A stretch of 64,000 nucleotides of DNA, taken from positions 832,001 to 896,000 of the forward strand of contig CAVRVY010000003.1 in NCBI GenBank assembly GCA_963724765.1, read 5' to 3'. A program made the translations under genes and the position numbers. The notes below the pieces were generated by a model that made no database searches, was not told where the DNA came from, and worked only from the letters and a program-made list of their open reading frames with translations. Every line of letters starts with the position of its first letter. Within the stretch, counting starts at the first letter, position 1. Below are positions 1 through 9,559 of the stretch, in pieces. This DNA comes from an uncultured delta proteobacterium (GTDB lineage: Bacteria > Desulfobacterota > Binatia > Binatales > Binataceae).

Positions 1-114
1 ACCGATACCCAGGGCAGGCCACTGCGGCAACGCGAACTGTGCGAGCGACACGCGGACTGGCTCAGGGACAACCGGCCGAACATCCATGACCTAAGGAACG
101 ATCCCGATGCCTGA
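1..114 (+). CDS. 3' end of a hypothetical ORF (partial)
   Basis: Frame 1 is open from the window start (TDTQGRPLRQRELCERHADWLRDNRPNIHDLRNDPDA) to TGA at 112-114; no family recognised. Confidence 0.3.
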   Translation, partial: TDTQGRPLRQRELCERHADWLRDNRPNIHDLRNDPDA

Positions 115-418
115 GAAAACGATCAAACGCCGGCTTTAGGATTGTGACGCCGCGCTCGACATCGTCCGCCAGCGACGAACCGTCCCGAGAAAAAGCTAGG
201 TGTGAATCCGCATACTTGCGGGTCTCCTAACCAATTCGTTTGCTCCTTATTTCAGAAGGGTATTAGCTCAATTTAGGCGCCGGCATTTTGTAGTTACCTC
301 CCACGCAGAGCTGCTGCAACTCGTCTTGAAGCGTCTAGGGGAGTCGCGGCGCAAGGGTGCGTGTCCTCAAAACCCGAAAACAATGCCAGCGCATCTGCGA
401 AGGCAGGAGGTTTCGATT

Positions 419-790
419 ATGGGATCGGGTAAAGCGATAGGAGAGTTTTCCTTCAAGGCCATCACGGCCACCTACAGCCCTGGGCCAGCGGGAAGCGTTC
501 TCGACCAAGTGAATTGGGAAGGGACAGCGAAGGGGTTCGGAACAGTCTTCGGCACGGCTACCTACGTCGGTGGTTCCAAAAACGGGACTTTCAGTGCGTG
601 TTGGGTCGCATACCTTGACAACGGCGAGCAACTTTCGGGTATCGGTTCTGGCACCTACGAGAGTAGCGGCAAACACCACTGGCGCACGCGGCACGTGATT
701 CACATCTCCGACGGCACCAGTATTGTCAACGAAGGTGAGATCGACCTGGCCACTCGGTCGTGGACAGGGAAAAATTTCGAGAATAGCTGA
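419..790 (+). CDS. Hypothetical 123-aa beta-rich protein
   Basis: AGGAGG Shine-Dalgarno at 405-410 before ATG 419; protein-like composition with alternating beta-strand pattern. Confidence 0.7.
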   Translation: MGSGKAIGEFSFKAITATYSPGPAGSVLDQVNWEGTAKGFGTVFGTATYVGGSKNGTFSACWVAYLDNGEQLSGIGSGTYESSGKHHWRTRHVIHISDGTSIVNEGEIDLATRSWTGKNFENS

Positions 791-934
791 ACGCAGGAGT
801 TTCGCCGCCGCGTCCGATACGAGAACGAGGACCTTACGTTGAGTGCGGCGAGCCGGAATCGGGCCGCCGCGCTTTTCGTTCGCGGATAAGCAAGCAGACA
901 TAATATTTCAAGGGCCATCTAACTGGGTTGCGGC

Positions 935-1810
935 TTAGACGGTGGCCCGGAGGAGGTTGACATAGTGCGGCGGTCTTAGTCCGTCATGGCGATTTAGAAA
1001 ATATCGCGCCGCTGCATTCTCGGGTGTCAGATGAGACACGCGGGAGAACCCGAGCTTCAGCAGATGGTCTGAAATCTCGTTGGGTGTAAAATACGTTAGC
1101 CACGGCTCACCTAGTTCGCCAACCACTTGAACAACCTTTGTTAGGAAGACAGCTTCTTCTAGTGTCCACGAATCCGGAGGAAGGATGAACTCCATAACGA
1201 TTTCGCTCCGTCTCGGCATCGATGGAAGGAATCGTAAGGTGGAATCAATCGCTTCCTTGGTCAGATACTGCGTAACCCCGAGCCACGAAAAGAACGTCGG
1301 CGCTCGATGGTCCAGCGAGGACGCGGCGAGGCCCTCCGCCAGCGATCTGCGCTCGAAGTCAATTGGCAAGAACTCCACGTTTGCTGGGACCGTGATTCCG
1401 CGTTTGACCAAATATTCGCGCTTGATCTTCTGACTCTCGGGGTGGTCGATCTCAAAGATGCGAAGCCTTGCCGCCCAGCTCGGCTGGCGGTAGGCGAATG
1501 TATCCATTCCAGCGCCGAGCAGCACATACTGCCCGATACCATTGGCGACAGCCTCTTCGAGCGAGTCCTCTGTGTAACGGCTCCGCAGTACGAAGATGGA
1601 ACGAAACCAGGGTGGAGGTCGGGAGTCCGGTGCCGCAGCTAGGATCTCCTCGGAGCTAGAGCCTTCAACCAGACCCACGGCGAGAGGATCGTCGAGAATT
1701 TTTGGGTCCGCATCCAAGACCTGATGCATTGCCCTCATGATCGAGGTGCGGATCATTGTGCTGCTGGCCTTTCGCCGCGCCATTTGGTGAGTCCCTTCCA
1801 TACCGCCCAT
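935..1810 (-). CDS. Class I SAM-dependent methyltransferase, leucine carboxyl methyltransferase (LCM) family
   Basis: Motifs RAMH..D..ILDDPLA, QYVLLGAGMDTFAYR, IFEIDHPESQ, WLGVTQYL; start may be 1783. Confidence 0.9.
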   Translation of the reverse strand: MGGMEGTHQMARRKASSTMIRTSIMRAMHQVLDADPKILDDPLAVGLVEGSSSEEILAAAPDSRPPPWFRSIFVLRSRYTEDSLEEAVANGIGQYVLLGAGMDTFAYRQPSWAARLRIFEIDHPESQKIKREYLVKRGITVPANVEFLPIDFERRSLAEGLAASSLDHRAPTFFSWLGVTQYLTKEAIDSTLRFLPSMPRRSEIVMEFILPPDSWTLEEAVFLTKVVQVVGELGEPWLTYFTPNEISDHLLKLGFSRVSHLTPENAAARYFLNRHDGLRPPHYVNLLRATV

Positions 1811-1965
1811 GGGGCCACTATCGCACAGCCAGAACGCCTGCGCACGGTAGAGCTTGCACGCAAACGCCCCTAGGAGCCGTCCCCGCTTCGTGATGCTGCC
1901 CCTTGCCCGACACCCTCACGACGCCTCAGAATTAGCGACAAAATTATTGGCGCGTGTTCCTGATG

Positions 1966-2161
1966 CCGATGGTCGCGGAATAGGGAGCGCCATTTCAAAA
2001 TCGTGAAAAGTTCCCCGGTGACCACCAGCCACGCGCGATTGCGCATCGCGATTTTGGGGGGTGTAGCCGCCGACCTGGGAAAAGGATTGTTAGATCGATG
2101 CGCCGACTTCAGGATGGTCACCATCCGACGACGGTCACCATGGCGCCGGCGGGATGGTCAG
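1966..2161. repeat. Cluster of (GA)TGGTCACC-like repeats in both orientations
   Basis: GATGGTC 1968, GGTGACCA 2017, palindromic GGATGGTCACCATCC 2112-2126, GGTCACCATGG 2133, GGATGGTCA 2152. Confidence 0.55.
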
Positions 2162-2233
2162 CGGCCGGCGCTGATCCGGTGCACGTCGAGGGTCAGCGAG
2201 CTGCGCGCTCAAGATACGGCAATTGATTTCTAG

Positions 2234-2506
2234 TCAGCGGGTCTCAGCCGGAAAAGCCCAGCGCTCGCGGGCTTTCGCGTCGAGACAGCCGCGGTTAGGT
2301 AGCGGGTAGGTAGCAGGTCGCGGCGTTCCGGGCGGCCAGAGCATCGACGCGAGGTCGCGGCACGCCCGGCTACACGTCGAGATCCGCTGGCCCTGGCCGA
2401 ACGCCCTCGAGCGCGCCCGCATCACCGTCCGACCGCAGACCGCACACACGATGGGAATGCGCGGCGGGTTGATGCGCCACGGCCGGCCGCGCCAGAAGGA
2501 GACCAT
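2234..2506 (-). CDS. Small basic Cys4 zinc-finger-like protein
   Basis: CAVC-x20-CSRAC pattern resembling small phage zinc fingers; lies within the element. Confidence 0.5.
   Translation of the reverse strand: MVSFWRGRPWRINPPRIPIVCAVCGRTVMRARSRAFGQGQRISTCSRACRDLASMLWPPGTPRPATYPLPNRGCLDAKARERWAFPAETR
2296..2316 (-). repeat. Tandem arm-type site pair (left)
   Basis: TAGGTAGC 2296-2303 and TAGGTAGCAG 2307-2316, 11-bp period; reverse complement of the pair at 2822-2842. Confidence 0.65.
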
Positions 2507-2550
2507 ACGCCGATGATACCGCCGCGCCCGAGGCCGTCCAACCGGTCTCC

Positions 2551-2781
2551 CGAAGAGTCAATCGCATCGAGCTAGACTGACTCTTCGACTGAGCGTCTTG
2601 AAACAAGCACAGGCTGAGAGAGTCGTGGTTCTCCTGGCCCAAGAGTCAGAGTTCCTTGGAGTTCCCCCAAACAACACTGACTCTTCGTATATTCTTCTTA
2701 TTTTATAAGGATAATATGGAAGAGTCCGTGCTCTTTGACTCTTGGGAAATAACACTGACTCTTGGGCGAAGAGTCAGAGTT
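2551..2781. repeat. Iteron-like GACTCTT/AAGAGTC array around an AT-rich tract (putative replication origin)
   Basis: AAGAGTC at 2553, 2641, 2720, 2769; TGACTCTT at 2578, 2678, 2736, 2756; AT-rich tract about 2688-2717. Confidence 0.75.
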
Positions 2782-2821
2782 AAGGGTCGGGGCACGGGGG
2801 GCGCGCCAGCGGCTCACTCGG

Positions 2822-2842
2822 CTGCTACCTATCTGCTACCTA
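2822..2842 (+). repeat. Tandem arm-type site pair (right)
   Basis: CTGCTACCTA at 2822-2831 and 2833-2842, about 70 bp beyond the tRNA-Lys 3' end. Confidence 0.65.
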
Positions 2843-2911
2843 GAAATCTGGTTGAGCCGACCCCCCCTCCTCGTCTAACTATCAAAACTTATTCTCTCCG
2901 TGGGGGTTTGG

Positions 2912-2987
<76 letters not shown>

Positions 2988-3017
2988 GCCGGGGAGTACG
3001 TTCTTAGCAGGATTTGG

Positions 3018-3094
3018 TGGGGTGAGTGAAGGGACTTGAACCCTCGACCGCCGGGGCCACAACCCGATGCTCTGCCAACTGAGCTACACTCACC
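3018..3094 (-). tRNA. tRNA-His: tRNA-His(GTG)
   Basis: G-1 plus GTGAGTG acceptor stem, anticodon loop TT-GTG-GC, C73, encoded CCA. Confidence 0.96.
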
Positions 3095-3153
3095 ACCGTC
3101 TACGTTGTTTACCGGCCCGTCTGCTCCGCTGCAGTCGAAGTTCCAGGCACGCT

Positions 3154-3230
<77 letters not shown>

Positions 3231-3233
3231 GAG

Positions 3234-3307
3234 TCGGGGCGAGCCGATTTGAACGGCCGACCCCCTGCTCCCAAGGCAGGTGCGCTACCAGGCTGCGCCA
3301 CGCCCCG
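3234..3307 (-). tRNA. tRNA-Pro: tRNA-Pro(TGG), CCA not encoded
   Basis: CGGGGCG acceptor stem, CCTGC-CT-TGG-GA-GCAGG anticodon arm. Confidence 0.95.
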
Positions 3308-3720
3308 AACCATATCGAATAACATACGCCCGTCGCCCCCTCAACCGCGCGTGCGCCACGACGGCGCTGGGACTCGTGCGCGAGAAGTTATCCTGCGCTC
3401 CGCGGATTCGTCGGGCGATCAAAATTCGCACGAGCCCACCGCACCAGCATCATGATCTCGCCCCGACGCGCAGAGGCTGCCAGCATTGAATCCGACGCGT
3501 GCCGCGGCGAGCATTAGAATTGCGCCGGCGTCGAACGCCGCGGAATCTCGCACACTCGCATTGACGATGCGCACGTAATCCGCCGCGCCCGCGGCCCATG
3601 CGCTGCCGGTCGGGCGTTCGGGGGATGCCTTGGGACATCCGCCGCGAACAGCATCCGCAGGAGTACGCGGGGCGCGCGCGTCGGCGCGTGCGCCGCGGTC
3701 CAGGGGCGCTACTCGGGGCG

Positions 3721-5466
3721 CTACTCGCGCTCCATGAATCCTTCAAGGTTACGCGAACGTCCGGTCTGTCGCAGCTTGCGCAGCGCCTTGGCTTCGATTT
3801 GTCGAATCCGCTCGCGAGTCACCGCGAACTGCTTGCCGACTTCTTCCAGCGTGTAGTCGGTCTTCTGCCCGATGCCGAAGCGCATGCGCAGGATCTGCTC
3901 CTCGCGCGGCGTCAGTGTCGCCAGCACCTTGCGCGTCTGTTCGCCCAGGTTGCCCTGGATCGCGGCCTCCACCGGCGAGGGCGCCAGCTCGTCCTCGACG
4001 AAATCGCCGAGCGAACTTTCCTCCTCGTCGCCGATCGGGGTCTCCAGCGAGATTGGCTCCTTGACGATCTTGAGCACCTTCTGGACCTTGTCCAGCGGCA
4101 TCTCCATCTGCTCGGCGATCTCTTCGGGGCTCGGTTCGCGGCCCAGCCGCTGCACCAGCAAGCGCGTCACCCGGAGCAGCTTGTTGATCGTTTCGACCAT
4201 GTGCACCGGGATGCGGATGGTGCGGCCCTGGTCGGCAATCGCACGCGACATCGACTGCCGGATCCACCACGTGGCGTATGTCGAGAACTTGTAGCCGCGC
4301 TGGTACTCGAACTTGTCGACCGCGCGCATCAGTCCGATGTTGCCTTCCTGGATGAGGTCGAGGAACCCCAAGCCCCGGTTGGTGTAGCGCTTGGCCAGGC
4401 TCACGACCAGGCGCAGGTTGGCCTCGGTCAATTCCTTCTTGGCGCGCCGGCTCTTGTGCTGGCCGGCGGCGATGATTTCGATCGAACGGCCGAACTCCTC
4501 GCCGCTCGCCTTGACCCGCCGCTCGACTGCCTTCATGGTGCGCTGCGCCTCGCGGATGCGGGCGGCGATATCGAGCAAATTCTCGCGGGTGCCGTTAACC
4601 TTGAGCACGTGGCGGCGGTCTTCGGCTTCAGCCGCCTCCTTGATTAGCTGGTTCTTGGAACGGCCGGTCGCATCCTCGTAGTGCTGAACGATCTGATAGC
4701 CCTGGCGGAACTGCTCGAGCTGATGGCGCATCTCGGAGATGACGGCCTCGCGCACGTGCCGCGATAGTCCCATCGTGGTGAAGGCGGCTTTGACCCGCTC
4801 GCGCATCCGCACGTAGTTGCGTTCCAGCTTGGGCTTGCGCCGCGGCCCGGGCCGCTCACGTAACTCCTCTTCCAGCTCTTCGAGCTTGCTGCGCAAGTCC
4901 TTCAATTTCTTCGTGGAGTCGTGCAGCTTCTTGAGCAGCTTCTCGTTGGCTTCGGGGCCGCGCTCTTCGTCCGGATCGGCGGGCTCTTCGCTTTCCTCGA
5001 AGATGTCGCGCAGGTCGGCTTCGCCGGCCTCGATCCGGTCGCCCAGGTCGATAAGAAAATCCAGCGTGACCGGCGACTTGAGGACCTCTTCTTCGACCTC
5101 CTGTTCGCCGGCCTCGATCCGCTTGGCGATCTCGACCTCCTGCTCGCGCGAGAGCAGTTGGAAGTTGCCCATCTCCTTGAGGTAGAGCCGTACCGGGTCG
5201 GACGAATCGCCCGCGGCGTCGGCCGTCTCTTCCTCGGCCTCTTTCTCGGGTTCCGCGTCAATCTCGCCCTCGGCGCCCTCGGTGGGGACTTCCTCGAGGA
5301 CCTTGATATCCATGTCCTCGAAGCTCTCGAGCGCGGCGCGGAGGTCGGTGGGCGAGGCCACGTCCTGGGGCAGGAAGTCGTTGACCTGGTCGAAAGTCAG
5401 GTAGCCCTGCTCGCGGCCGAGGTCGACCAGACCCTGGAGATCCTTCCCTTCGTACTTTTGCTTCAT
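3721..5466 (-). CDS. rpoD: Primary RNA polymerase sigma-70 factor RpoD
   Basis: Region 1.1, [56 protein letters not shown]. Confidence 0.97.
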   Translation of the reverse strand: MKQKYEGKDLQGLVDLGREQGYLTFDQVNDFLPQDVASPTDLRAALESFEDMDIKVLEEVPTEGAEGEIDAEPEKEAEEETADAAGDSSDPVRLYLKEMGNFQLLSREQEVEIAKRIEAGEQEVEEEVLKSPVTLDFLIDLGDRIEAGEADLRDIFEESEEPADPDEERGPEANEKLLKKLHDSTKKLKDLRSKLEELEEELRERPGPRRKPKLERNYVRMRERVKAAFTTMGLSRHVREAVISEMRHQLEQFRQGYQIVQHYEDATGRSKNQLIKEAAEAEDRRHVLKVNGTRENLLDIAARIREAQRTMKAVERRVKASGEEFGRSIEIIAAGQHKSRRAKKELTEANLRLVVSLAKRYTNRGLGFLDLIQEGNIGLMRAVDKFEYQRGYKFSTYATWWIRQSMSRAIADQGRTIRIPVHMVETINKLLRVTRLLVQRLGREPSPEEIAEQMEMPLDKVQKVLKIVKEPISLETPIGDEEESSLGDFVEDELAPSPVEAAIQGNLGEQTRKVLATLTPREEQILRMRFGIGQKTDYTLEEVGKQFAVTRERIRQIEAKALRKLRQTGRSRNLEGFMERE

Positions 5467-5858
5467 GCTATTAGGCGTCCGTCCTGGCTGTCCGCGGCGG
5501 GTCGATCGATGCGCGGTCCTGTGGCACGCAGATATAGGCCCGGCAGGTACCCGCCGCGCACCACTTCAGAAAGATAAAACTGAACAAGAGAGGCCGATTC
5601 TGGCAAAGCACCCCATTATATGGGTCGTTAGCGGACCAGTCAAAGCCGAAATCCTTTTTGCGTATTCCGCCCCTCTCGGGCTACCCCTCCCATCACCGCA
5701 CCACTCCAATTTAGCAACTATTTTGCCCTCGCGCATCCGCCAGCCCGGCGCGTCGTTGCCTGTGCTCAGAGGTTCCTTCAAAGTTTCATACGCTGGCGGG
5801 CCGCGCGCCGTTGCGCAGCCCGGCTCCATCCCGGCCATACGGCCCGAGGTAGCATCCC

Positions 5859-6878
5859 TTGCCAACTCATATTGCCATCCTGCTCATCAGCTTCGCCGTC
5901 ATCCTGGCCGGCTCGGAGATGTTCACTAATGGTGTGGAGTGGGCCGGGCACCATTTGAGCCTTTCCGAGGCAGCCGTCGGCAGCCTGCTGGCCGCGGTCG
6001 GCACGGCGTTACCCGAGACGCTGATTCCCGCGGTCGCGTTGATAATGAGTCGCGGCGTGCCAGGTGCGCATAGCGAGGTCGGGGTGGGCGCGATAATCGG
6101 CGCACCGCTGATGCTTTCGACTATCGCGCTGTTCGTGATGGGGGTGGCGGCGCTGGGCTTCCGCAACCGGCGCGGGCGTATCGCGTTGCGCGTGCCTCGC
6201 ACCGACGCCCGGCGCGACCTCGCTTTTTTCCTGCCGGTGTTTCTCGCGACGCTACTGCTCGGGATGGTCGGTTTGCCGCCGATCGCGCGTTACGCGCTCG
6301 GAGCGATACTGCTGGCCGTGTATGTGAGCTATGCGGTGGTGATCCTGAAACTCAAGCGAGACGCCGGGACCGCCGTCGAACATGGGCTGCACCTGGAGTG
6401 GCTGCTGCGGGGAAATCCTTCCGACCCGCGCGGCTGGCCTACCGTCGTGCAGGTCCTGCTCGGGGTTATCGCGATCCTGCTTGGCGCGTACGTGTTCGTC
6501 GATCAGATCGTTTTTGTTTCGCAGCACGCCAATCTGAGCCCGGGCGTGCTCTCGCTTATCCTGAGCCCGCTCGCGACCGAACTGCCCGAGAAATACAACG
6601 CCGTCGTCTGGATTCGCCAGAGCAAGGACAACCTGGCGTTGGCCAATATTACGGGGGCGATGGTTTTTCAAAGCTGCATACCGGTGACTTTGGGCGTGGC
6701 TTTCACGCCGTGGCATCTTAGCTCTCCCGAACTGCTGGGCGGCGCGATCGCGATCTTTTCGGCCGCGCTGCTCTATGTGAACTTGCGCGACGGCGAGCTG
6801 GGCACGCCCACCCTGATAGTGGGCGGGGCCGCCTACGCGGTCTTCATCGCGGGCCTGGGATGGCTCGGCGCTCTCTAG
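5859..6878 (+). CDS. Sodium:calcium antiporter (CaCA family)
   Basis: Two alpha-repeats GTALPE and ATELPE; about 10 hydrophobic segments; TTG start. Confidence 0.9.
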   Translation: MPTHIAILLISFAVILAGSEMFTNGVEWAGHHLSLSEAAVGSLLAAVGTALPETLIPAVALIMSRGVPGAHSEVGVGAIIGAPLMLSTIALFVMGVAALGFRNRRGRIALRVPRTDARRDLAFFLPVFLATLLLGMVGLPPIARYALGAILLAVYVSYAVVILKLKRDAGTAVEHGLHLEWLLRGNPSDPRGWPTVVQVLLGVIAILLGAYVFVDQIVFVSQHANLSPGVLSLILSPLATELPEKYNAVVWIRQSKDNLALANITGAMVFQSCIPVTLGVAFTPWHLSSPELLGGAIAIFSAALLYVNLRDGELGTPTLIVGGAAYAVFIAGLGWLGAL

Positions 6879-6942
6879 AAACGCGGCGCTATGGTTGTGA
6901 TTCGCACCGCACGCGCGCCACAATTCCTGCTCAGAACCCGCG

Positions 6943-9267
6943 ATGAGCCGTTATCAGGAGATATGCCGGCAGTTTTACGACAACTGGCTGCTCTTCGGTA
7001 ACCCGGCCGAACCCGGAATCGTGGCGGTCGAGGTCGTCGCCCCGGGCGAGGTCGAAATATATCGCCGCAGCGGCGCCACGCTAACGCGCGAGCGCCGTCC
7101 ACTTAAACTCTTTGCGCTGCTGGCGGAGCCCGGGATGCTCAACGGGCTGGGCGCGCCGTACAAGGTCGAGCCGCTCAAGGGCAACTTCCGTCTGCGATGG
7201 CTCGCGACCTTCGATCGCCTCGACGCGCTGGACGCCGCGCGGCGCCATCTGCGCATGCTCACCGGCAAATCGCCCGGCGTTTCCGACGCCCCCTACCTGG
7301 TCCTCACCGACCCGGTCGAGCAGTACCTCATCCTGAGCGGCACCACGTTTTTCATCGGAATGGAGTTCGGCGATCTCAGCCGGATGCAGCTCGATATCGA
7401 GACCTACATCAGCCCCGGCTTCGAGTTCCCGACCGCGGCGCGCGAGGGCGACCGCGTGATCGCGATCGCGCTCAGCGATTCGTCCGGCTACGAGCGCGTG
7501 TTGCGCGGCGACGAGATGGACGAACGCACGATGCTCGAGGAGCTGGTGCGGATCGTCGCCGAGCGCGACCCCGACGTGATCGAGGGCCATAACTTGTTCC
7601 GCTTCGACCTCGAGTATCTGGAGGCGCGCGCCCGGCGCCATCGCGTGAAGCTCGCGCTCGGCCGCGACCGCAGCGAGATGAGCGCGCGGGCCTCGCGCCT
7701 GCAAATCGCCGAGCGCTCGATCGCGTACCGCCGCTACGATATTCGCGGCCGCAGCATCATCGACACCTGGATCCTCGCCCAGCACTACGATATCGCGAGC
7801 CGCGAGCTCGAGGGTTTCGGGCTGAAGGAACTGGCGCAGCATTTTCACGTGGCTGCCGCCGACCGCGTCTATATCGACGCCGCGCGCGTGAGCGACTATT
7901 TCGACCATCGGCCCGAGGAGCTTTTCGCCTACGCGATGTGCGACGTGCGCGAGACCGCCGCGCTGGCCGAGATGCTTGCGCCCAGCTATTTCGTGCAGGC
8001 GCAGATTTTTCCGTACTCCTACCAGAACGTGGTGCTGCGCGGGAACGCGACCCGGATCGACGCGCTGCTGATGCGCGCCTACCTGGCCGCGCGCCATTCG
8101 ATTCCCGCTCCGCAGGAGCCGAGCGAAGTGATGGGCGGCTATACTGAGGTCCGCCGATGCGGCGTCGCGCGCCGCGTGCTGCATTGCGACGTGACCTCGC
8201 TGTACCCGTCGCTGATGCTGCATTACGGGCACGCGCCGGCGGGCGATCGGCTCGGCGTGTTCCTTAAAACGCTGGGCGACTTGCGCAGCTTCCGCATCCA
8301 GGCCAAGGCGGCCGTGCGCGAACTCGACGGCACGGCGCGGCGCAACCTCGAGGCGCTCCAGCAGACGTTCAAGATTCTCATCAACTCGTTCTACGGCTAC
8401 CTCGGCTTCTCGCTCGGCCACTTCAACGACTTCGCCCAGGCCAACGCCGTGACGCGCCGCGGGCGCGAGCTTATCCAGGCCGCCGTCGCCGCGCTGGAGG
8501 ACTGTGGCGCACAGGTGATCGAGGTCGACACCGACGGCATCTACTTCGTCGCGCCGCCCGGCGTCGACGACGAGCCTGCTGCGCAGAACCTGGTCGAGCG
8601 GATCGGCGCCGCGATGCCCGAGGGCGTGCGGCTTGAGATCGACGGGCGCTATCCCGCGATGTTCTCCTACAAGATGAAGAACTACGTGCTGCTCGAGGAA
8701 CCGGGCGAGATGACGATTCGCGGCTCGGGGCTGCGCTCGCGCGGCCTGGAGCGGTTTCAACGCCGCTTCATGGAGGAGCTGTTCCGCCTGATGCTGGAGC
8801 AACGCGCCGACGAAATCCCCGCGCTCTACGAGGACTGGCGCGAACGGCTGGCGCGCCACGCCTTCGGCATCGGCGAGTTGATGAAGACCGAGACGCTGCA
8901 GGACTCGCCCGAAACCTATCGCGACAAAATCGGCGGCAGGCGGCGCAACATCTCGGCCGCCTACGAACTGGCGCTCAAGGCCGGACGCCCGTACTTAAGC
9001 GGCGATCAGATTTCCTACTACGTCGCGGGCCGCGGGCTCAAAGTGAAGGTGAGCGCCGCGGCGCGCCTGGCGGTCGAGTACGACCGGGCCAATCCCGACG
9101 AAAACGTCGAGTACTACCAGGCCAAGCTCGCCGAGCTCTACGCCAAGTTCAAACCCTACGCAGAGCGGCGCGGCCTGTTCAGCCCCGCCGAAGTCGACGG
9201 CACCGACGAGGCACCGGAACAGCAGTCGCTGTTCGAGGATGCTGCCGTCGAAAAGGCGGGCAAATAA
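6943..9267 (+). CDS. polB: Family B DNA polymerase with 3'-5' exonuclease
   Basis: Exo motifs LDIET, HNLFRFD, YAMCD; polymerase motifs DVTSLYPS, KILINSFYG, VDTDG. Confidence 0.92.
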   Translation: MSRYQEICRQFYDNWLLFGNPAEPGIVAVEVVAPGEVEIYRRSGATLTRERRPLKLFALLAEPGMLNGLGAPYKVEPLKGNFRLRWLATFDRLDALDAARRHLRMLTGKSPGVSDAPYLVLTDPVEQYLILSGTTFFIGMEFGDLSRMQLDIETYISPGFEFPTAAREGDRVIAIALSDSSGYERVLRGDEMDERTMLEELVRIVAERDPDVIEGHNLFRFDLEYLEARARRHRVKLALGRDRSEMSARASRLQIAERSIAYRRYDIRGRSIIDTWILAQHYDIASRELEGFGLKELAQHFHVAAADRVYIDAARVSDYFDHRPEELFAYAMCDVRETAALAEMLAPSYFVQAQIFPYSYQNVVLRGNATRIDALLMRAYLAARHSIPAPQEPSEVMGGYTEVRRCGVARRVLHCDVTSLYPSLMLHYGHAPAGDRLGVFLKTLGDLRSFRIQAKAAVRELDGTARRNLEALQQTFKILINSFYGYLGFSLGHFNDFAQANAVTRRGRELIQAAVAALEDCGAQVIEVDTDGIYFVAPPGVDDEPAAQNLVERIGAAMPEGVRLEIDGRYPAMFSYKMKNYVLLEEPGEMTIRGSGLRSRGLERFQRRFMEELFRLMLEQRADEIPALYEDWRERLARHAFGIGELMKTETLQDSPETYRDKIGGRRRNISAAYELALKAGRPYLSGDQISYYVAGRGLKVKVSAAARLAVEYDRANPDENVEYYQAKLAELYAKFKPYAERRGLFSPAEVDGTDEAPEQQSLFEDAAVEKAGK

Positions 9268-9290
9268 TCCACGGATTGAGCGTGTCAGCG

Positions 9291-9488
9291 ATGAAACAGA
9301 AAATCGTTGGCTTCCATCAGGACGAGCACACCGACTGGGTGGCCGAGCTTCAGTGCGGACACACGCAACACGTGCGCCATCGTCCGCCCTGGCAGCAGCG
9401 TCCGTGGGTGACCACGGCCGAGGGCAGGCAGAGCCGGCTGGGCATCGAGCTCGAGTGCAAAAAATGCGACGAGGGCGAACCGGCGTAG
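9291..9488 (+). CDS. DUF3565 family small protein
   Basis: IVGFHQDE..DWVAELQCGHTQHVRH.PPW..RPWV...CKKC signature. Confidence 0.85.
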   Translation: MKQKIVGFHQDEHTDWVAELQCGHTQHVRHRPPWQQRPWVTTAEGRQSRLGIELECKKCDEGEPA

Positions 9489-9559
9489 CGGCTTCGGCTC
9501 GTGGCTTATGTGGTGAAGCTCGCCTTCGTTAAATAAAGTTCTTCGATTCATAACAGGAC

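Noticed and set aside
2551-2781. CRISPR array
   Set aside because: Units are 7-13 bp, irregularly spaced and in both orientations; no cas genes
7081-8859. Long antisense ORFs (also 3598-4647, 29005-31344, 32541-33977, 48999-50549, 50737-52059)
   Set aside because: Shadow frames expected from high-GC codon bias opposite well-supported genes; no motifs
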